Source of the DNA: Vitrella brassicaformis CCMP3155
Taxonomy: Eukaryota; Protista; Chromerida
DNA length: 64,000 nt
Assembly: GCA_001179505.1 (NCBI GenBank)
Contig: CDMY01000465.1
Coordinates: 7,230 to 71,229 of the forward strand
Direction of reading: 5' to 3'
The position numbers and the translations under genes are program-made. Positions 34,301 to 45,923 of the stretch are shown piece after piece. Every line of letters starts with the position of its first letter. The first letter of the stretch is position 1. Under the pieces are notes generated by a model. It was not told the origin of the DNA. It saw nothing but the letters and a program-made list of their open reading frames with translations, and did not search any database.

Positions 34301-36881
34301 CGCGTACCAGATCTACGCCCACGCACATGAGCACGACGATGAGAATGACGAGATGGAGGGGAGGGAGGGTCTGGCTGCGTATGGCGTGATGCCGCCGATC
34401 TGCGCCGCGATGCGGTATGATGTGGCGGGGAGGGAGGGGGCGATCCGGGTGGTGCTGGGGCTGCCACGGGCGGCGCTGGACGAGGTCAAGCCGTCGGTGC
34501 ACCACCCCACACACAATAAGACGTACGTGAGAGAAAATGAGAGACTAACACACATGGATGGCTTGACGGATGGATGGATGGATGACCTCTTCTGTCAGCA
34601 ACGAGGCGGCCTTCGGCGAGCTGGCAATGTACCTCCCCTTCCCGGCCTACCACCTCACCCCTCCCGGCATCTCCACCCTTCCCCAGCCGCACCATCCCCC
34701 TCTCCCACCGCTGTCCATCTCCGTCTCGCCGCCCCTTCCCCCATCCACCCCCACCAAGGACACCTCAACAGGGGCCTCCGTCACGCGCCGGAGCAGCAAG
34801 TCGAGCAAATCGACACAGAAGGGAAGCGCGCACAAGGGCAGCAAGAGGGAGAGCTTGGGCACCAAGCACCACCAGCAGCACCAGCAGCCCGGCACGGCCA
34901 GGAGGGTCCCCCGGGTAGCAGATAGGGGCCGGGGGAGGGAGGCCGTCTGTGAGGATAACAGCAGGCCGGCAGAGGTGCATTTCTCGCCACCTCCCCCTCA
35001 GCTTAGGCCGAGGAGAGGTTTGTCTGTCGGCCCCACCGGCAGCACCGGCATGAACGTCATCCGCAAGGCAACGGCGGCTGCTGACGGTCAGTCCATCCAT
35101 CCCCCACCCCCCCTCTCTGTGTGTGTGTCTGTATGGCTGTCTGTCTCCTTTTCAGCATTGGCCGCAGCAGCAGCAGGGGCACAGTCGACAAGGCGCCCTG
35201 TCCACGAGAGAGGAGGAGACAAGGGAGAGAAGCCCCGGGCCGTCAAGCAGCCAGAGCCGGGTGTAGCCAGTAGTGCAGCAGCAGCCAACGCAGCAGCAGG
35301 GGACAGCACTGAGGACAGTCAGGACGTGGTGATGCGGTTCACGATGGGGGCGGGACCCACGGATGTCTTCAGAAATACACAGGCGGCTTGGTGTGCTGAA
35401 CCCCATACCCGACACACACATTGCTACATGCACACATGGCCCACTGCCTCTCTCTCTGTCTCTCCGTCTCTGCGTGTGTGTGTGTGGTTGTTGGTAGGGA
35501 TGAGAGCGGCCTGTCCCTCGAGCAGTGGCATGACGCGCGCGCCGTTCACTACGAGCTCATGTCGCACCAGAAGCGACACGACCCCCACGCCGCCCACACG
35601 ATCCACGCGCCACCCGTCAGCATGACCATGACGCCCAACAGACCGCACCAACTCCGGCCGCCGACAGTCAGTCAACACACATATACACGCCTTCCCGCCT
35701 CCCCCCTTCCCGTCCCCGTCAACACACTCTCTGTGTGTGCCTGTGTGTGCAGGGCATGCTGTCCTTGCGTGGTGGGGATGGTGAGAGTGGCGAGAGAGAC
35801 CACCACCATCAGCAGGGGCAGCAGCAGCAGCAGCCGCCTGTAGAGGTCGAGGGGTGGAGCAGGGCGACTTTCGCGCAGTGGGCCGCGTCGGTGGGCATCC
35901 CCCGAGCAGAGCTGGACAAGTGGTTCAGGATCTTTGACAAAGACGAAGGTCCGCCGGTGCCCCACCGCTCACACACACACACACACACACATACACACAC
36001 ACACACAGATGGATGGATGGATGGATGTGTGTGTGTATGTGTGTATCAGATGGGCGAGTTGGCGAGGGAGACTTCCTGCAGGGGCTCTCGGTCACCTGGG
36101 GGCAGCGCCATGACGGCATGATAGCGAGTAACTGTGTCAAGACATCCAGAGTGCCCCTGATGCGTGTCTGGCTGCAGGCATGTTTCGGAAGCTGGCACTC
36201 TATCGGTCCATCGGGGGGGCGGCGCCCCACGGAACAACTGGTACATATGTACTAATGGGGGTCATCCGTCTGCTGTGTCTTGTGCGTGTGTACGTTGTGC
36301 GTGTGTGGGTGCGTGTGTGTGTGTGTGCAGTGAAGGCTGTCGAGGTGGCCCGGCTGGCAGAGGACGCTCTCCGGCTCTATCACATGACCACCGGGGTACG
36401 CATTCAGGATGCTGGGCATCACACACAGACAGCTGGTCTCGTGTCTCCTCTCTCTCAGCACCAGCTGCCAAGAACAGTGGGCTACGAGCGCGTCCTCAAC
36501 GAGCTTCTCGCCACCCCGACACATCGGCCTCCCCCCTTCTCGCACACACATACCCACACACAGCCGTCCCGCATGATCACATACGGCGAGTTCCGCCATG
36601 CCCTCGACGAGCTCACGCAAGAGCACGTGCCCTTCGACGTGCTCTTCAGGCTGCCACACCACATCCACATCCGCGGCAGGCATGTGCCCTCGCCACCTGG
36701 GCTCATCTGCGTGCCGCCCCCGCCCCCACCGGCGAATCTGCCCCTCTCGGTGGTTTTTGGCGTGGGAGGGGGGAGGGGCGTGGGAGGGGGAGGGGGAGGG
36801 GGAAATGGCGTTGGGGGTGGTGGGGTGAATGTGTTTCAGATAAGCGCGGCGGGGCGGATGATGTTCAAGGGGGGGCCGTAG
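30360..36881 (+). CDS. EF-hand-containing PPP-family pseudophosphatase (EFPP-like)
   Basis: Spliced EF loop DVNRSGALEFHE. PPP-fold segments with substituted motifs GSIYG, GDYAGRG, GSYD, then LLCSTVNFCDCVANDGAFL. A second EF loop DKDEDGRVGEGD lies near the C-terminus. Long low-complexity linkers; could be split into two genes. Confidence 0.7.
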
Positions 36882-37333
36882 AGCGAGATGGACGACTGAG
36901 TGGGTGTGGGTGTGGGTGTGCGTAGGTGGCTGCAAGATCTCATCAAAATCTCATTATATATCCAACAGAGAGCGTCATACACGCATCCACCGCCCGAACG
37001 AACGAACGAGTGGTTCATCCATTGTACACAGCGTCGACTGGCACACATTGGCCGCCTGCACGAACAGAAGGAAGCGAATGTGGGTCAACACATTCACCCT
37101 CATCTGTTCGGGAGGCCAAGTCACGTGAAGCCGTCGAAGCGAGCGGAACACAGCGACACAGGTGGCCGCGCAGAAAGGAACATTGGCCAAAACAGTCGAC
37201 CATCATCAAGGGGCATCCTTCACACCAGCATTAATCCACACATGTGCACCTCTCTGTCTGTCTGCCTGTCTGTCTGTCTGTTATCCACACACCCAGTCAC
37301 CCACACACATACACAAACGAAGCCATCCCATCA

Positions 37334-39000
37334 TCACTGCCGCCTCCTCAGCGCCCCCAGCAGCCCCTGCACCTCTCTCCCAAACTCACCCTCACCCACA
37401 CTCGGGTACAGCCCACCGCCCGCATTCTCTGGCTGGTCCCCCCCTCCCAGCAGCTGTCTTGACACATTGCGCACGGCAGACGCCACCACGTCGGGCAGGC
37501 CGCCAGGGGGCCCGAGCATCGGGGTGCGGAAGACGGCTCTGGCGCGCCGGGCGCAGTCCATGGTGTACTTGCCGTCCAGCACACCGCCGAGCAGAGAGCC
37601 GAACGCTGGGATGCTGCGGAAGAGGCGGGTGCCACCGGCCTGGTATGCAGATCCATGGATGGATGGATGGAAAGGTGTGGGTGGGTGGGGGGTGGTGTCA
37701 GTCAGATACCTTGGCGATAAGGTGGTATACGACGTTCTCCAGTAGGTGTGCCCATTCCCATGGAGGCACCTGAGAGCTGCATCACAGCACATGACATCAC
37801 ATGGGAGAGAATGACTGATAAGGGATGCATGTGGTGATGTGTGTGGTCACAAGCTCAGCTCACCCTCCGTAGACTCCGATCTTCCTCAGGGTGGCGACAC
37901 AGCCCTCGTCACCCAGCAAACACGCAATGATCTGCATACACACACGGGACAGAGACACAAATACACACACAAACACTGACGTGCCGGTCTCCCTCCCTCC
38001 CTCCCTCCCTCTGTCGTACACACACACCTTGAGTTGCGTCTCGGGCATTTGCACGTCATGACCCTCCATCTCAGCTATGATCTGACACACACAGGCAGGC
38101 AGGCAGTGTGGTCTCTCCTCGACTTCGTGTCGCTCTCCCTCCCCCCTCCCACTCACCCCTGTCAGCCTGCAGCTGAAGAACAGCGTCGACACCATCCCGA
38201 TCGGCAGCAGCACCAGAGACGTCGTCCAGTGCAACGGCGTGCCCGTGAAAAAACCTGCAAACACCAACCACACACACACACTCACACCCATCGCACACAC
38301 ATCCAGAACACAGTCACATTCCTGCGACAAACAGACGGACCTGAGAGGAACGCCCCGGATGCCTGGTGGTTGACGAGGTACTCGAGCGCATGGTTTGTGT
38401 CCCGGAACTCCTGGTCGTCCACCTGCTTCTTGAGCCGGTCGGCGCACTGCTTAACGGGGTGGAAGGATATCAGCCAGCTCATCTCGTCGGCCTGGTCCTG
38501 GCTGACGGCCAGGGGCAGCCACCCGAGAGGGATGTGGATGTCCACTCCCGTGAGCGACCACTTCATGAGCTGCTGCACCGCTGTCTTGAGGTCCATTGTG
38601 GTCAGGCAGCGGGCGATCGTCGCACTCACTGGGCGGCTGGAAGGCTGACAACGACGAGAAATGGCCAGGACACATTGCAGTGGATGGCTGGACAGACGGC
38701 TGGGTGCTTACGCGTGTGTTGAGGTTGTAGTTTCTGATGAGGTTGTCGAGGCTGTCTATGCGTATGGTCCGCCGGCAGGCTGGGCACTCAACTCTGCCGT
38801 GCTTGTGAAGCTTCCTCAGGCACCGACGGCTGCACAACATGCAGACACACAGACACAGACAGAGTGAACACACGACAGGCTACTAGTTTCATTCCTTTCT
38901 CACTGCTCTGCTCCACTTACCAGTAGCTGTGGCCGCAGGGGAGAATCAGCGGTGTCCTGTCAGGCTCTCGAAATACCTCGTAACACACGGGGCACTCCAT
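37334..39000 (-). CDS. C3HC4 RING E3 ligase-like protein with an uncharacterised C-terminal region
   Basis: [34 protein letters not shown]...CPACRR...NYNL. Downstream exons splice in phase as far as ~37860; the last exons are uncertain. Confidence 0.75.
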
Positions 39001-39348
39001 CTCGTACACTCATCACATTCAGATGTCTCCCTTTTTTCCTTCGGGTTTCCGAAGAAGGGCCTGAGAAACCCGCGACCCCACGAAGCTCGCAATCTGGAAC
39101 CCTACACCCGAGACCCAGTTGTTCCCAAAAGCGAAGAAGACAGGAAGAGAGAATAGCTAAGGAGCAAGCGAGGATGGTTGAAGTATCGCTTTCCCGCTTC
39201 AAGCCGTCACAGGGCGTGGTAAGCAACCACACGCTGTTCCTAACACCGCGCACACACTCAAGGCTTGATCTCATCTGCATCTGCTCCTCTCTGTCTTTCC
39301 TCTTTGCAGTGATTCTTTCTTGTGGCTGTAGCCGTGCAGGGCACGACA

Positions 39349-42300
39349 ATGCGGACCGACGCCATGGGTACGGAGTCGGTGGACCACGATGTGCTGCGGC
39401 AGATGATCCGGGGCGACGTGATGGAGGGCGCTGTGCGTGTTGTGAGGGTCACCGGTGCTGGCGAGGATGAAATCACGTACGTGAGCCACTGTGGGTGTGC
39501 ACGCGGAAGAGAGTTCCTTCCTCCTTCCTGTGTAAGTGCTCTGTGGGTCCTTCTCTCTGTCAGTGTCATTGCCAACGATGACGAGTCGAGCCGCAAGGTG
39601 GTGCTTGATGCCAGGGGGGTGCAGGGCGGCCAGGGGGTCGGCAGATGGGATGTGGTGCGCATCAGCCAAGTGACACTGCGGAACCGACCGGAACACGGGT
39701 GTGTGTGACTGACGTGAGAGGGAGGATGGGAGGGAGGGAGGGAGGGAGGGAGGGAGGGAAGACCTACACAAAGCGGCAATTGTGTGGATTCTCCTGTGTG
39801 TGTGTCTGCAGAGGTGTCCACCTGTTCGCCCGTGCGTGTGAGCGGCTCTCGTCAGGGCAGCCCCAGCCGGCCTCCATGGCGGCCAGCCCTTCCCCTCCCC
39901 CCACCCCCGCCCCACGACGCACTCTCGCACACACGCCGCAGCTGAGGACACCACCCGCTGCAGCAGCATCAGCATCAGCATCAGCATCAGCATCACGGCC
40001 GGCACGGATGACGGGCGGCGGTGGCCTGCTGCAGCGCATTATCAGGGGGGAGCTAACGGAGGGCACTGTGCGTGTGGTCAACACGCAGCCGAGCCAGGAA
40101 CAGAACGAGATCGTGTAAGCGCGCTGAGGGGTCGGCCTTGGCGCGAGTGGACGTCTGTGTGGGGGCTTGTTTCACGCAGGTTGATAGTGAATGATGGCGA
40201 TTCGTCTCGTAAGGTCGTTCTCGACGCGAGTGGCTTGGACGATGGGGGCCGGGTCATTGCGAGAGGTGACCACCTGCACATCAGCCAGGTCTGCCTGCGC
40301 GAAGACGCGGCACACGGGTACCCAAGAAGACACACATCCACATTACACTCAGGTGGCGGACCACTCACCACTTGTGTGTGTGGGCGTGTCTACTCAGGAA
40401 ACACCTATTCGCCGCCGTCTCGAGACGACAGGCGCCCCCAACAGGGCCCTCCATCCCCGCACCGTCCCAGCCATCAGCACGACCACGACCAGCCCGGATG
40501 ACCATGGGCGCGTCACCTGCAGCTCCGGCTACCCCGGGTCCCTCCCAGCCATCAGCACCAGCGCGAGCGGGGCGGATGAGCGTTAGTCCTCCGCGATTAT
40601 CTTTGACGCCTGGAGCGGCATCATCTCAAGAGGACCCCGCCGCCGGCTGCTGATGGCCCGGTGAGGATTGCCGATCTGAGGGCGGAGGGGTCGATACGGC
40701 AGCCCATGAAGGCGCGGGTCTCGTGCAAGTGAGTGGGGAAATGAACGGGCAGGAACGGGACATCCCATTGTGGGTGCGTTGAATGTGACGGCCTGCCTGC
40801 CTGCCTGCCCGTGTGCGTGTTAGGGAGGAGTTGAAGGGCTTCACTGGCAAGAACGGGAAGCCTGGGAAGCGGTTTACCTGCCTCCTCACCGATGAGAGTG
40901 TACGTCGGGATGGAGGGGAGGGAGGGGCACGCCCCATTGCCTGCCATGATCCCCCCTGTCCATGTGTGTGTGTGTGTGTCCTTAAGGGCGAGATTAGGGC
41001 GTGTTTCTTCTACGAGGCTGCCGATCGATACCACGGCATGCTGCAGAACGGACAAGTGAGGACAGACAGACAGACAGACAGGCAAACAGACAGAAAAACC
41101 GCTGGAGTGATTGCATGGATCGACCCTTCTGTGGTCTATCTGCTGGAACTGCGTGTGCAGGTGTACAGTTTCTCTCACTTCTCTGTTAAGGAGGCGAACC
41201 GGTCGGTAGGGATGGCATCCATGGCATCCAGAACAAGAAGACGATACACATCACATCACAGACACCCTTGGTCGGTCCGCAGGCAATTCAACCGGACGGG
41301 CGACTACGAAGCGATGTTCCACAGCAGCTCCTCTGTCGAGCCTGCTCAAGATGACGGGACCATACCCCTGCAGGCCACGTAAGCCAGATGTCATCTGTTC
41401 TCTCTGTCTGTGTGTGCGTATGTGTGTGTGTGCGGTTGGTTCGTGCAGGCATCCTCACCAGAAGATCGTGCAGATCAAGCAGCTGCCGACCAAGAGCAAC
41501 GTCAACCTGCTCGGCATCATCACCAAAGCAGACAACATCAGCCACCGGGTGAGCCTTGACACGCACACACACACAGAGAGAGAGAAGGGAGACATCTGTT
41601 GCTGCTGTGTGTCGCCTGCACATGCTCTGACCAGGGCGGCAGCAGCCACCGCACTCTGCGTGTGGTCGACGACTCAGAAGCGGCCATCGAGGTGACCCTC
41701 TGGGGCGACAAGATCACGCAAAGCCAGAGGGTGGACTTCAACGACGGCGACATACACACTATAGACATCAAGGGTCACACACACACACAGACAGACAGAC
41801 AGACGGAGGGAGGAAGTGGATCGTATCACCTGTGTGTGTGTGTGTGTGTGTGTGCGTGCGCTTAGGTGGTTCGACAGGTGAGTACAGAAACCAGAAGAAC
41901 GTGCAGGTTGGCGGCATGGCCTGGATGGCCATCGACTCGGACCGGCCAGAGGCAGCAGCACTGAAGACATGGTACATACAGGTGAGCGCTTTCACCAACC
42001 ATCCCATCGATCGTTGGCCAGCACACAGACAGAAAACCCGAGAGACGTTTTCTTGTGTGTGTGTGTGTGTGTGTGTCCGTATCTGCAGACAGGTGGCAAT
42101 GTCAAGCGAAGACGGACCAGACAAGTGAGCAGCCTACCCTACACAGAGGCGGCCCGCTTACGTACTTGCATTTCTCTCTCACCTTCTCGTGTTTCCTTTC
42201 CTTTGTGGTGTGCAGGGCCCCCGACCCTCATCCCCTCCCTCCCTCTTCCCGCCCTCATGCGGCCGCTACACCATCACCGACGTGACCTGTGAGATGCAGG

Positions 42301-43238
42301 AGAAGGTCGCCACGCTCTTCGACAAGACCTCCCACGCCTCTGGCTGCCCCCACTCCACCAACCTGCGGGCCAGCAATGTGGTCAAGGTCCTCCGTGTGAC
42401 CGACCCAACTCGGATCTTCCAGTACAACGCCAAGAGACGGGAGATCCAGGAGAAGCTCGCGCGGCGGCGGGAGTGCGGCAACACTGGCCAGGCGTATGTG
42501 GTGCCCTTCGACGCGACAATCCGCCCCCACGCCCTGCTCAAGAACCTCAATGGCCACTCCTCCTCCTCCTCTCGCTCAGCAGATGAGGGAATGGGTGAGT
42601 CGGAGCAGCTGAGCGAGACGGTGGATTCCTCGATCAACGAGTGCTGGCTGTTCCACGGGACCAACGCTGCGCACATGACCGACATCCTGCGGGACGGCAT
42701 CGACTTCCGCGTCGGCAGGGAGGGCGGGATGTTCGGACCAGGCATGTACTTCGCCTCGGAGGCCTGCAAGAGTGAGTGAGCCAAGGACTGAGGGAGGGAG
42801 GGAGGGAAAGACAGAGAAAGAGGTGCGTGGATGCACATCAGATGTGTGTGTGGATGGATGGGTGGGTATGCAGGTCACTGCTACGCATCTGGTGGCCGCC
42901 CCTACTGCGTCATCCTCCTGTGCCGTGTGTTGCTGGGCGACATGTACTTCGCCAAACACGCTGACCCGAGCCTGCGCCGCCCCCCTGTCCGCGAGGCGCC
43001 GGCAGGGTCGCCGATGGAGCGTGACTTGTACGACAGTGTGGTGGGCAAGAAGGACAGCACCTCGTGCGATAGCTCGGGAATGTTTCGCTACAACACCATG
43101 AAGCTCAACCACAATGAAGTCAGTGAGTGAGGAGCATGAGCTGCAGGGGTGACGTCATATGGTTTGTGTGTGCAGATGATAGTCTACGATCGGTCGCAGG
43201 CTTACATCGAGTACATCATCTCCTATGAGAATAATTAG
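39349..43238 (+). CDS. RPA1-like OB-fold protein (2x RPA70N-like, DBD-A, DBD-B) fused to a PARP catalytic domain
   Basis: DBD-A: PVRIADL...KARVSCK/...KRFTCLLTDES/GEIRACFF.../VYSFSHFSVKEANR/QF...DYEAMF. DBD-B: VNLLGII...RTLRVVDDS...VTLWG...IDSDRPEAAALKTWY. PARP: NECWLFHGT...GMFGPGMYFA...KSHCY...LLCRVLLG...YDSV...NE/MIVYDRSQAYIEYII. All junctions from DBD-A to the stop are phase-compatible GT-AG. Confidence 0.8.
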
Positions 43239-43802
43239 CGGGGCGGCAGGTGGCTTGTGAGGATGAGGGTGGGTGTGCTGCATGCACACAGAGTCCGCCT
43301 TGCGCACTGAGCGGCTTAGTACTGACGTCGACCTTCGCTGTCGCCTGTTGAATTGGGGGAGGGAGGGAGGGAGGGAGGACATGGCGTCCGTCTCTGTCGC
43401 TTTGCTCGCTGTTCCGTGATGTTTTCTGCATGTGACTGTGCAATGAAGTTTCCCAACATGCAGCAGAAGCGATTCTCGCTTATAGCGGTGCCTAATACAT
43501 GCGCGCACAAGCAACGAGACGGACGCACACGCGTGTATATACCCTCAAACAGTGAACAATTGAACCATCAGACGTGAGACACAGTGATGCACTGATCCTT
43601 CGACACGTCTTATGCGTTTGCCTTCTTCAAGATTCCATGTGTTGACTTTGATTCGTTGATCTGTTCAATCGACGTCTCTCGTCCAATCGTGTCTCAGTTC
43701 ATCCATGAAACCGAACAGCCATGGAGGCGCCCGGAAAAGAAAAGAAAAGAGTCTCCTCCGCTGCTCCACCAGACAGACAGACAGACAGTCACGCACACTC
43801 AG

Positions 43803-45548
43803 TCAGTCTCTCCGCCAGACAATCACGGGGATGGGGGGCTGCTGGTGAACGGTCCGCACGAGGGTCATCGTGCCCACATGAAAGCCCAACACTTGCTCGC
43901 ATCTCGGCGCCGGTCGTGCTGGTGGCGGGGCCGGCGCGCGCATAACGACGGGAGACCGCTGAATATCGCCAGGGGTCGGTGGCACACTTGTGGAGCATGA
44001 GGAGAGGAGTAGCGGCTTCGGTTGATGTGTCGGTGCTGCCGCAGTGGACAGAGTGTGGTGGTCGCTGTGGGGGCTGCCGCTGCTGCCGCCGGTCCCGACC
44101 ACAACAAAGGCTGGAAGGATTGGCGGGCCGCGCGGCTCCTCTCTGGCGGGCGTCTCGTCGTCCAAGAACAGCGGCGTGCTGGCCCACCGGGGGAGGTCAG
44201 TGTCGCCCGGGGAGAACGGAACTGCATTCGGCCAGAACGGATCGTCTTCACCGTCGTCATCCGCCAGGTCCGCGGGCAGACGCATTAACTCAGCTCTCGA
44301 CTACACACACACACAAGTGAATGGCATACCCATTCTTCCCTGGGCGGATCCCCGGGTGTGGTGTGGCGTGCGTACCGCCATTGCGATCCGTCCGGGCATT
44401 TCACCAGCAGCAGCGCTCTTGTGGACGTCGCTGAGCATCTCGACCAGCCGGTCATGCGCCCGAAAAATCTTTGCGAACCTCAGCAGCGCCTTGGTCGGCA
44501 ACCACATGTCGCGACCTGAGTCTACGACTCTCGGACCCTCCACACACAGACAGACACACACACGTACGTGACGGAACCAAGATACACACGATGCAATCAA
44601 CAGCCGAGCGCAATCATACCCCGTCGCTGGCGTTGACCTCCTGTCGGTCTAGTCGGCCTTCTGGCGTTGAGGGGTCCTTGCGAAGACGGTCGAGGTCGAC
44701 CAGGACGGCCTCGTACATCCCATCGCCCGTCACGCGCAAACCAATGTTACCCAGCTGCACACACACACACACAGACAGAGAGAGAGAGAGAGAGATGGCA
44801 AGGGCGTTATGTGTCTGTCTGCGGGTGTGCCCGCTCCTTACGTGGGGGTCGCCGTGCACCAGCTGAAGGTACAGCAGCTCCTCCAGGGCCGCAAACACTC
44901 CGTCGCAGATCTTGGCGATTGTCATTGTCGCCTTCAGGCGATCAGTGGGCACCTTGATTTCACGAAACATCACTGAGACCATGAGAGCACACACACACAC
45001 ACACACTCACACTCACAAACACACGTGAGCTAGCCAGTCTGTCTGTCTGTCTAGCTAGCCAGTCTGTCTGTCTGTCTGTCTGCCAGTCTGTCTGTCTGCC
45101 TGTCTGTCCCTTTTGCTTACTGTCGATCCATTCCATTCTGTAAGCCGTCAGCCGTTCCTCGTCGGGCCGGTGAGGTGGTAGACGTCCTCGATCTTGACAA
45201 TGTTCTCCCCCGGTGTCCACTGCCGACAGAGCTCCATCCAGACGTCGTTGCCAGTCCTTTGAAAGCCGCCCACCTGCACATAGAAAACACACAACAGACA
45301 GACACACACACTGACATGGGTGCATGGTGCTGTGTTTGTGTCTGTCTGCACTTACATACCATTTTGGCGCAGTCGTGCTGTTCATGGAGCACCTTGACGG
45401 CCCACTTGCGGCCTTCCCGGTCAGTCATCGGCAGGACGACACCGAAGCCGCCCAGCCGCTGCTTCTCGCCCCGGTCGAGCGACAGCCCGTGGTCCCTCGA
45501 CAAGCAATCCTGACCGAAGGAGTCAGTCAAGGAGTTCATCAAACGACA

Positions 45549-45579
<31 letters not shown>

Positions 45580-45680
45580 AGGCATTCGCTTACCATTGCA
45601 ATCGACAGCCTGTGGAGCTGCTGGGGCGTCAGCTCCCGCAGGCCATTGGCCCCCTCCGCAGAGCCTCCGTTGGGCTGCAT
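43803..45680 (-). CDS. Divergent protein kinase-like protein with HGDPHLGN catalytic loop
   Basis: Exons RLGGFGVV...KWAVKVL, ENIVKIEDVYH, LQLVHGDPH/LGNIGL...VLVDLD, then a Pro-rich tail. The start codon is uncertain. Confidence 0.65.
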
Positions 45681-45923
45681 GACACACGCACACGCCACAC
45701 GAGCCAATGCACCTCATCTCATCAGTGAGTCGAGTGAGTGCACTAGTGGCTTGACGAAGGCCTCGCTCACCGGCATGGGACTGACGAGTGCTCACGCGGC
45801 AATGCTTCCCTGCTTGCTTTGGCCACAGAATTCTAAGCTCGCAGGGAATTGAAGCTCGCATTTCTCCCCCTGTCTTGCGACGGGAAAGGCGTCGCTGATG
45901 CATCCCTATGGCCACACGCCAGT

